A DNA stretch of 32,321 nucleotides from Nemertoderma westbladi (taxonomy: Eukaryota > Animalia > Xenacoelomorpha): assembly GCA_032718475.1 (NCBI GenBank), contig JAUCBJ010002042.1, positions 1 through 32,321 on the forward strand, in the 5' to 3' direction. Shown here one piece after another: positions 22,914 to 32,321 of this stretch. Positions within the stretch are counted from its first letter, which is position 1, and each line of letters begins with the position of its first letter. Below the pieces are notes generated by a model that was not told the DNA's origin, did not search any database, and was given only the letters and a program-made list of their open reading frames with translations. A program made the translations under genes and the position numbers.

Positions 22914-24876
22914 CGTCACCTTCAAGGCAGAACCCCCTAAGTCGATTTTTTTCGATTTTCATGTTTTTGACTTTTGGGGTAATTCGATATCGGCTTTTTC
23001 GTCTGGCGGAACCCCGAATCTTTTCTACCAGCCATTTTTGAGTTATAAGCCAAAGACAGTTCCCCGTAACTTATGCCCACTTCGAGGCAGAACCCCACAT
23101 GTCAATAATTGGCTTGCAAAACACCGTAAATTCTCAGTCCACCTGGCAAAACCCCTTAAATCAGAAATAACAACCTGTAAAACCCCTTAAATCAGAAACA
23201 ATATCCTGGCAAAACCCCGTAATTTCTCATTTATATACTGGTTTGTATTGCGGCCATGACACAAACCTTATTGAGGGAACACAAACATTAATCTGGGATA
23301 CAAACATTTATCAGGGAATCAAACATTAATCAGGGACACACATTAAGTGGTACAAACATTAATAAGGGACAAAAACATTAATTAGGGACACACATTAATC
23401 AAGGGCACATACATTAATAAGGGACACAGATATTAATCAGGGTCACAAATGATTGATATCTGTCCCTCGTTTAGTGTTTGTGTCCCTCATTAATGTTTGT
23501 GTCCCTCATTAATGTTTGTGTACCTTATTAATGTTTGTGTCCCTCATTAATGTTAGTGTACCTCATTAATGATTGTGTCCCTCATTAATGTTTGTGTCCC
23601 TCATTAATGTTTGTGTCCCTCATTAATGTTTGTGTACCTCATTAATGTTTGTGTCCTATATCAATGTTTATGTCCCACATTAATGTTTGTGTCCCACATC
23701 AATGTTTATGTCCCACATTAATGTTTGTGTACCTCATTAATGTTTGTGTCCTATATCAATGTTTATGTCCCACATTAATGTTTGTGTCCCACATCAATGT
23801 TTATGTCCCACATTAATGTTTGTCCCCCTGATTAATGTTTGTCCCCCTGATTAATGTTTGTCCCACATTAATGTTTGTGGCGCTGATAAATATATGTCCT
23901 TCATTTAATGTTTGTGTCCAAGTTGCTATGGGGTTCCGGACGTTTTGGATAACTTGGTCAGCAACAAGCAACTTAATTTGAGTAACATTAACTTTTAGTC
24001 TCCGTTATATGAGGCCTCTTTTACAGCAACAAACTTCGCGTTTACATAGAGCAACTTGATCGGCAACCTGACATGTTCACTAAGTTGCTGATAGAGTTGC
24101 TCAAAATGTTGCCACGTACTGTAGAAAAAACAGTCTTTAATTATTCGTCATGACGTAGCCAGACTTTGTTCTTACTGTAGAGTACCACCCATGGCTATAT
24201 TTTGTACTTAGAGTTCCGTTTGCTTGAATCTAAATTTTGTTCTTATTGTTCTGCATTTAGCTACATTTTGTTCAATTTGTATTGATACATGATTCTAACT
24301 ACAGTCCCGTACTTATTTTAGAAGCAATTAATACCAAAATATCAAAATCTTATGGAGCACTTTAGAATTTTGAAGTCAAAAATTTCCAACATGTGCGCAA
24401 GTGTGTTAGCTGGATTGTATGTGCTTATTTGTTATTATTGCGTTTACAGGTAATACTAACACCTGCTCATGTGCTAGTTAACATATTAGATAGCACGTTA
24501 GCTAATAACAAATGCGCACATGTATTACGTGCGCACTACGGACTAAATAATTAAGGACCACGATACGCCTTGGCTATAATTTGATATATTTTGCGTGTTT
24601 TTGTATAAATTCGGACTTATGGTGTTTTGCCTAATTGAGGATGCCTTGTTTTGGCAAAACACCATAAGTCCGAATTTTTACTAAAAAACCGCAATATATT
24701 TCAAAGGTGATTCTAAATTAAATAGAAAGTTTAGTTATATGAATTCTATATATATTTATTTGTCAAAAAACACAATAACATGTAAACTGAGGCATCTCTC
24801 TAAAAAATAAACAGGTTTTATCGATTATCTCAGAACTACAAAAATCGACTTAGGGGGTTCTGCCTTGAAGGTGTCG
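22914..24876. mobile_element. Non-autonomous TIR element with a 4-bp TSD (Sola-like by inference)
   Basis: TIR CG(T/A)CACCTTCAAGGCAGAACCCCCTAAGTCGATTTTT at 22914-22950 and 24840-24876; ATTA at 22910-22913 and 24877-24880. Confidence 0.8.
23260..23920. repeat. 19-bp minisatellite in two inverted blocks
   Basis: GGGACACAAACATTAAT-type units at ~23260-23450, then CATTAATGTTTGTGTCCCT units at ~23460-23920. Confidence 0.9.
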
Positions 24877-24905
24877 ATTAATGGTACCCCTACGCTAAGG
24901 CTCAC

Positions 24906-25172
24906 TCACTTCGTGGCTCGCCCCACAGTCGCGGATTTTAAAACCGCACAAGTACCCCTATGAAGAGCCTTAATAGCAAATAGCATACGTTTTCCATATC
25001 CTAACAGTCTTAATTCATCCAGCATCTTGCTACGTGGTACCCTATCGTATGCTTTAGAGAAATCTATAAAACAAATAAATAATTCATAATTTTTATATAT
25101 TGCAAAATCAATGATAAGACGTAATGACAAAATTTATTCCAAGCAGCCCCGCTTTGGTTGCCCTCCCGCCTG
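24906..25172 (-). mobile_element. LINE RT fragment of a different family
   Basis: GGQPKRGCLE*ILSLRLIID...FICFIDFSKAYDRVPR: RT motifs with an in-frame stop. Confidence 0.8.
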
Positions 25173-25389
25173 TACAGTAAGTAAATCAATGATACCAATG
25201 AAAAAACTGGTAGGTTGCTGGGGCAAAAACATACAGTATAAAAAATATATCAGATTTTACAATTTGCATTTAATGTCGGAATTCTGCTCTACATTTCATA
25301 AAATGATAATTGAATGTACCGACATACTGACTAATGGGCGCTTGGTTGGTATGTATATAAAATCTATGGGTAAAACAATAGAATCTTAT

Positions 25390-27025
25390 GGTAGGTGCTA
25401 AAATGCACAACGAGCAACAATGAGCAAAACGAGGAACAATGACCAACAATGAGTAACAACGAGCAACAATGACCAATAACGAACAACCACGAGCAATAAT
25501 GAGCAACAACGAGCAACAATGAGCAACAACGAGCAATAACTACGAGCAACAAAGAGCAACAATGACCAATAACGAACAACCACGAGCAACAATGAGCAAC
25601 AACGAGCAACAACGAGCAACAATGAACAACAACGAGTAATAACAAAGTACAACAACGAGCAACAATGAGCAACAACGAGCAATAACAAAGTACAACAACG
25701 AGCAACAATGAGCAACAACAAAGAGCAACAATGATCAACAACGAGCAATAACAAAGTACAACAACGAGCAACAATGAGCAACAACAAACAACAACGAGCA
25801 ACAAAGAGCAACAACGAGCAACCACGAGCAATAATGACCAACAATGAGCGACAACGAGCAACAATGACCAACAACGAGCAACAACGAGCAATAACAAAGT
25901 ACAACAACGAGCAACAATGAGCAACAACGAGCAATAACAAAGTACAACAACGAGCAACAATGAGCAACAACAAACAACAACGAGCAACAAAGAGCAACCA
26001 CGAGCAACAATGAGCAACAACGAGCAATAATGACCTACAACGAGCAACAATGAGCAACAGCGAGCAATAATAAAGTACAAGAACGAGCAACAATGAGCAA
26101 CATTGAGCAACAACGAGCAATAATAAACTACAACAACGAGCAACAATGAGCAACAATGATCAACAATGAGCAACAATGAGCAACAATGAGCAACAACGAG
26201 TAACAATGAGCAACAACGAGTAATAAAAAGTACTACAACGAGCAACAATGAGCAACAACGAACAACAATGACCAACAACGAGCAACAACGTTCAAAAATG
26301 AGCAACAACGATCAACAATGAGCAACAATGAGCAACAACGAGCAACAATGAGTAACAAAGAACAACAACGAGCAACAATGACCAACAACGAGTAACAACG
26401 AGCAACAACGAGTAACAACGAACAACAACGAGCAACAATGACCAACAACGAGTAACATCGAGCAACAATGAGCCACACTTCTAGCCGCTGCTGGCAGTAA
26501 CTGATTCCATTTCATTCTCATCCTCCACTAACAGGTAGTTTCAGATTACATAAAATGGCAAATATCGGGAAATATATGGGGGGGGGGGGGGGGGGGTGTA
26601 GCAACGCCCCCTACACCCCCCCCCCCCCCCCTTACTGTATATTTTTTTTATTTTGTACATGTCTCCAATGCGGTTGAAAAATGCATAGAAAACGATATTT
26701 CCGATGTCAGTTTTAATATTTGGTGGAATGTATTCTGTCTGTTTGTTGGTTTTCTTCTGTCTATCTTACATTCTGACAGGCAGATTGGCAGACAGATATT
26801 CCTCGATAACTCTGTTGCTCATTGGTGCTCGTTGTTGTACTTTATTATTGCTCGCTGTTGCTCAATGTTGTTTGTTGTTGCTCATTGTTGCTCGTTCTTG
26901 CTCATTGTTGCTCGTTGTTGCATATTGTTGCTCCTTGTTGCTCATTGTTGGTCATTGTTGCTCATTGTTGCTCATTGTTGCTCATTGTTGCTCATTGTTG
27001 CTCGTTGTGCATTTTAGCACCTACC
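25390..27025. mobile_element. Foldback-type element with expanded GAGCAACAA(C/T) subterminal repeats
   Basis: GGTAGGTGCTAAAATGCACAACGAGCAACAATGAGCAA at 25390 is the reverse complement of the end at 27025; ~10-bp repeat blocks 25407-26472 (+) and ~26814-27008 (inverted). TSD not clear. Confidence 0.8.
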
Positions 27026-28371
27026 GAATACCCAACAAAAAACATAGGATCAGGACATTACGCCCAAAGTAGTGCTCAGCCCTAGGTCATCAAAAAACAA
27101 CACAAACAATACAAACAAAAACGACATAAACAAAAAACAAATATATGAATGGGAGAATCTTTTAGGCTCGTTAAGCCAAGGAATGCCTGTTCACCACCAT
27201 GGGTGATTTTCCACAGTAAACCCTTCCACTCTGAAAATTGTAACTTTCACATTTTTTTAAAAATTGTTCACTTACTTAAAAAATTGGGGCTGCAAAACAA
27301 CAACCCAAGTAAATTTTTCTATCTGATTAAGATTAGATGTTTTCGTTAAAATTTGTAGATTTTAGAGGGGGATCAATTTATGTCCCACCTCCCAGTATTT
27401 GAACATTTTATACCCCCTGAACTAACAGGGTTAAATTAAGTTTGAATGTCGTTTTATTTTCAAATTTCGAAATTTTATAAATTATAATTAAAAATCGTAG
27501 ATTATACCGGGCCCGGTACTGATACCGTACCACTAACAAAACTATGTAGCATATGCCTTTCTGCAGCCTACAGGCAGCAGAAGTAGACCTACAAGGTGAA
27601 GGTAGTGACTGAACCAGTTACATCGCGCTTGCTGTCTGCATAAGTGATGAATGACATACTGTTAGGCCTACCTCAACATGACTTCTTAGAATACGGCATC
27701 AGCATTAATAAAATCTATGGGTAAGAGCCTTGATTCTTATGCAAGTCATATGCATTAATATGGTCATGGTCTATGGATTAATCAAGATCAATTACAAACA
27801 ATTAAATTACAATCACAAGTGACATTGATCGTTTGTAAAAAAGAATATCAATACCTGAAAACGAGGATGTGTTACCCATCGTTAAATTAGTAAAATATAT
27901 TGTAACTTTTTTTAATAAAATGTTTTTAGTTATCGAAAATCATCAAATCAATAAGATGTCAGATAATCTCAGAATTGTCAGAATTGAAACATTTTATTAT
28001 TTTTGCATCAAAATTTTTATATTGAAATTTAAATAAAAATCCGGGCTGGGAGTCCGTCCCCTTTACAACATGGGGCTCTGCCCCCCAGACCCTCAGACCA
28101 AAACATAAACTTCACAATTTGCGCTACCATGGAAATTAAATTCCTGGATCCGCCTCTGATTAATATTGTCTATGGAATAATCAAGATCAAATTAAATTAC
28201 AAAGTGTAGTAAGAATTCATTATTAGTGTGACCATGATGTCACAACTATATGGCTACACTCTGATACAGTTTAGTAACAATGTTAGATAAAATACATCAC
28301 AATCATATTTTACAAACCTATAATATATATTTATTACATTATAGAATCTCAATAGATCCTTTTATTTTCAG

Positions 28372-28453
28372 TGCAAATGTGATGAAGTGGGCAAAGAAAT
28401 AGAAGGAAAAGAAGATAGACAAATGGAAATGTGCGCCTTGGAGGAAAAAAAAC
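28372..28453 (+). CDS. Possible upstream exon of the TSR-like gene
   Basis: Acceptor ttttattttcag|, open frame CKCDEVGKEIEGKEDRQMEMCALEEKK, donor C|gtaaaa in phase 1, compatible with the 29625 exon. Short and without strong homology. Confidence 0.4.
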
Positions 28454-28753
28454 GTAAAAAAATATATATATAATATATAAGATTATATTATTTTAATATA
28501 ATAAATTGTGGCGGTGCCACTTACAAACTACATCTAGCTACGTAGGGTGATATACAGACTCGGATAGATCTCGAGATGAGTCACTACCTGTACGTCTTAC
28601 TGGTACCGAGCTGCTCGATATATTTTATGTATTATGAGATATAGCAGTATGGCAGGAAATTGCATACTGACCTGACTGCTTAGCAAGATTTATTGAGCCG
28701 AACTGCAACTGACATCCCTCACATTACTTACACCCCACTCCCACGCCTTCACC

Positions 28754-29120
28754 ATGGCGGAGTCAAATGCTGCTTCCCTGAAACTGCTCGCCTTATGGAC
28801 TACCCACTACCCAGCCTGAGGTCTGGTTCGCACAGGCCGAGGCCCTCGACCAAGACACCGCCATTCGCCTCCTCCAGCTGATCCGGGATCCCCCTGCTGT
28901 CGACCAGTACTCCCAGATCAAGGCCAAACTCGTCAAGGTGTTATAATGTTTTCCTCAATTTCCGGAGATTCAACATCGTGAATTTCTCGCAGTTGATATT
29001 GTGGGTCGGTTACACAGTTCGGACAATCATAGGCATATTTTTACTATGATTGACCATGCTAGCCATTGGTTGGAAGCAGTTCCCACATCCAATATTACTG
29101 GTTCCGAAGTTATATCGTGG
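28754..29120 (+). mobile_element. Gypsy LTR-retrotransposon remnant (gag N-terminus joined to integrase core)
   Basis: MAESNAASLKLLALWTT/QPEVWFAQAEA/LDQDTAIRLLQLIRDPPAVDQYSQIKAKL, then VDIVGRLHSSDNHRHIFTMIDHASHWLEAVPTSNIT (rve-like); frameshifted and internally deleted. Confidence 0.75.
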
Positions 29121-29624
29121 ATTGTAAGAGATAAATAAATGGGCACCACCACCAGGTAGAGCTCTTCCCATCATCATCTGCACAAACCGGTTCTTAGTGC
29201 ATTATATTGAATTATACAGGATTATTATTTTCATTTTATAAATTTGACCTATCCTACGTGGTTTTAATTTATCGATTTTTAAGTACGTTTTAATGTACCT
29301 TCAACTGGGTTTATATAACATTAATGTTTATAATGTGTTTTAATATCATGCTGTCCCACCGTTAATGTCCCATATGTTTGGATAATAATAAACAACAGTA
29401 GCAAAAAATATTTTTTTTGTATTATCAAATTATATTCAGCCACAATTCATTTTGTTACTCCAACTACACAAGAGAGCTCCCACACCCTTTCTTTACAAAT
29501 GTTGTGGTAATATTGTGTATTTTGAAAGACGTCATTATTATGCGTTAATATTTGTTTATATTCATATAATTCATTTTGTTTGGTGGTGATAAACACGACA
29601 ATATCAACACGTGTTTTCTTGTAG

Positions 29625-29801
29625 ATGTCGGTGTTTGGAGTGAATGGACTTTGGATAATAGTGTTTGCCCCAAAGGTCTTTCATTTCCCGCGGAAGTCCT
29701 TACCAAAAGATGGAAGGGTTGCGAAAAGGAGAGATGGGGTGGCGGATGTGAAGGAAGAGATCAGATGCCTAGCTGCCCTTCGGATAAAAGCTTTTATTAT
29801 G
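29625..29801 (+). CDS. Probable exon encoding a thrombospondin type 1 (TSR)-like module
   Basis: Acceptor ttttcttgtag|, donor G|gtttgt, symmetric phase 1-1. Translation VGVWSEWTLDNSVCPKG...KRWKGCEKERWGGGCEGRDQMPSCPSDKSFYY shows a TSR-like WSxW, C, R..C, GG.CEG...C pattern. Confidence 0.65.
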
Positions 29802-29902
29802 GTTTGTATTTTTTAAAGCAGTAGTAGTGGGTTGCTATGTATAAAAATAGTAGTAAAGTGAACCTAATTACTTAAATAATTAGTTATGTAATTAGTCAGT
29901 TA

Positions 29903-30175
29903 GGAGTCAGGACAATTGCGACCTGGACAATTGCGACCCATGTTTTTAAATAAAATTACGGGTCGCAATTGTCCGGGTCGTAATTCCATGATATACAATA
30001 ATATTTACCAATGATATACATTACATCTTTATATCTGGATCCGGACAATTGCGACCCGGACAATTGCGACCAGGACAATTGCGACCCAGTCAATTGCGAC
30101 CCATCAATTTTTTCTAAAATCATGGGTCTCAATTGACCGGGTCGCAATTGTCCAGGTCGCAATTATTCTAACTTC
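29903..30175. mobile_element. MITE with an 8-bp TSD and internal 15-bp GGACAATTGCGACC(C/T/A) repeats
   Basis: GTCAGTTA at 29895-29902 and 30176-30183; imperfect TIRs; two internal head-to-head palindromic blocks. Confidence 0.85.
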
Positions 30176-30719
30176 GTCAGTTATTACCCAACCAGCAGTT
30201 ATTTTCCCGTGTAACGACACCACACCGACATGGTTAATTAACAAATCTACGAGGGATTTGTTGGTGGGGCAGGTCTTAAAAAAGGGGTTTGGTTTTTGTT
30301 TGATGGGATCCTTGTCGGCGCGGGATCCCGTCCTGGTTGACTGTGGTGAAGTTCCCTATGCGCTTGCGCTGGATACTGACTGGGTGGTTGACTTGGCCGT
30401 AGGCCGGTGAATGAAAGAGTTTATTGGTGAAATTTACTTTTGTTAATCTACTGATGTTAAATATAGTGACTGAATGCTGTAATACCGGTAGCACACCGTA
30501 GCGCAACAAGGTGGTGGAAAACTATTTCACCTTTGCACTATAAATGGAATGAATGCCAACTGGCTGCACAATGAATGACCAATATATATGAATATGAATA
30601 TGGATATGGATATGAATATATATGGGTAGAATACATTGCCTTTAAGAGGCTAACATGATGTAAGGGAACTCCTCCGGCAAAGGTCACCAGAGGGATACCT
30701 AACACTCTATGGTTCTTTT

Positions 30720-32055
30720 TGGGGAATCTCATTGATCTCGATTGCTGCAAAGCTATACAATAGAATTCTATTAAATCGCATCAGGGATCCCATTGGGAGA
30801 CTGCTCCATGGAAATCAGAATGGGTTCCGTAAAGGTCGTGGGACCATGGAGCCTATTTTTGGCACTTAGAAGGCTAATTGAAGAGTTATCAAAAAAGAAA
30901 GACAGGCATCTGGCTGTATCTTTGTTGACTTCTTCAAGGCCTTTGATTCAGTCTCTCGTTTACGTATGTTCAACATACTTTCATAATATGGGATTCCTGG
31001 TGAAATTATTGCAGCAATCAGATCAGTATACGTTGGTTCGAAAACATTTGTGTCTACTGTTGACGGTGACACAGAACCATTTGAAGTGTTATGGGGCGTC
31101 CTCCAGGGAGACACACTTGCACCATTCTTGTTCATAATTGTGGTTGACTATGTTCTACGTATGTCATCAGATCATCATAATGATGATGGGGTGATGATAA
31201 CTCCACGTACTGGCTCCAGAAGTCGAGGAAATCCTGCCAAGTACCTAACTGATCTAGACTTTGCTGATGACTTAAGAGTACTCTCAGAATCACTAGAAGG
31301 AGCCCAACGGCTCCTCAGCTCATTAGAACATGCTGCTTCTAGTAGTATAGCTTCTTTTTATTAACTCCAGAAAGACTACAATTTTGAGAGTTAACTTTGA
31401 AAGTCCTCAGCAAGTCTCTGATCGGAAGAGCATAAGCTCAAAGGATGGTATGCTTGAGCATGTGGACGACTTCTGTTACATGGGATGATGGATCCGGAAG
31501 TTCCTTCGAATACGTAAGGGAAAGACATGGGTTGCCTTGAATAGGCTTTCCAGGATTTGGAAGTCACCGAGAATTAATTGGAAACTTAAGGTCCCATTAT
31601 TTAGAGCAGCAGTAGTTCCAGTACTCCTCTATGGGAGTCCATGCTGGGCTATAACTGGTGAGGACACCAAATCTCTGGGTGGCACATTCACAAGAATGCT
31701 ACGCCGGGTTCATTGTGTCAAGTACAATGCACACATCTCCAACCAGACACTATATAACATTGGAGGTGTCTCATTGGTTCCCCCAAGCTTGACACTAGAA
31801 CAAAATCGCCTCCGCTTTGCAGAACATTGCTTTCGCCATGAGGACCAGCCAGTGCATAATCTTGTACTTTGGCAGCCTCATGGAGTGAATAAGCATGGTG
31901 GACAGCTCATGACTCTCTTGAGACACATCTTAAAGGACACTGGCCTTGAAGATGCGGATGATCTAGCAAATGTCATGGGTGATAGGGAGTTGTGGTGGTG
32001 CAATTTTGTCGACAAGCCGGCACAGCATTCTTAAAAATGCAGCTGCAATGCAGCA
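30720..32055 (+). mobile_element. RTE-like LINE, 5'-truncated, decayed RT and C-terminus
   Basis: GISLISIAAKLYNRILLNRI, NQNGFRKGR, FVDFFKAFDS, GVLQGDTLAPFLFIIVVDYVLR, DLDFADDL, VLLYGS..W; several frameshifts. Confidence 0.9.
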
Positions 32056-32321
32056 TGCCGATCCAGGTAGTATCTTTCGTCGAGTGGGTGAGATATTCGA
32101 AAGACCCTTGTCCGATTCCACAGGCGCTCTCTATTAGAAATGCATACCTCCCTTCCCACGTGACTTCCTGTTTCGCTCAGGGAACCTGCCATTGGTCAAA
32201 CGAGTGGCCCAGTCGAGGATATGCGTTAGACCCCAGAAGCAGTGTAATAAATAAGAGTGTTCTTGTTGACTTGTAATAAAATGGCATTTACTAGATAATT
32301 TTGTCGCACCAACAATGCTAT

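Noticed and set aside
25270-27085. Cys/Leu/Val-rich ORFs (LLVVARCCS)
   Set aside because: Translations of the ~10-bp repeats in the foldback arms, open in several frames.
30659-32314. Solo LTR (TG...CA) interrupted by the LINE
   Set aside because: Flanks ATGA and ATGC are not an exact TSD, and there is no second LTR to compare.

Overview
AT-rich eukaryotic (most likely invertebrate animal) genomic DNA, not prokaryotic. Most ORF-track entries are repeat or transposon artefacts. The main gene is a divergent, class I-like unconventional myosin on the minus strand. Six motor-domain exons (17211-17010, 14529-14345, 10566-10306, 8106-7924, 7739-7549, 2419-2233) join in frame at canonical GT-AG sites; the first and last exons were not found in the window. 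Two probable plus-strand exons near 28.4 and 29.7 kb encode a thrombospondin type 1-like module. The rest is decayed RTE-like and CRE-like non-LTR retrotransposons, a Gypsy remnant, several TIR/foldback non-autonomous DNA elements (some with clear TSDs) and minisatellites. Highlights: (1) a ~3.2 kb array of ~110 copies of a 29-bp unit made from the myosin exon end plus its own 5' splice site; (2) a 168-bp-arm inverted repeat in a myosin intron with two oppositely oriented minimal Penelope-type hammerhead ribozyme motifs; (3) a myosin exon lying between two colinear halves of a LINE.
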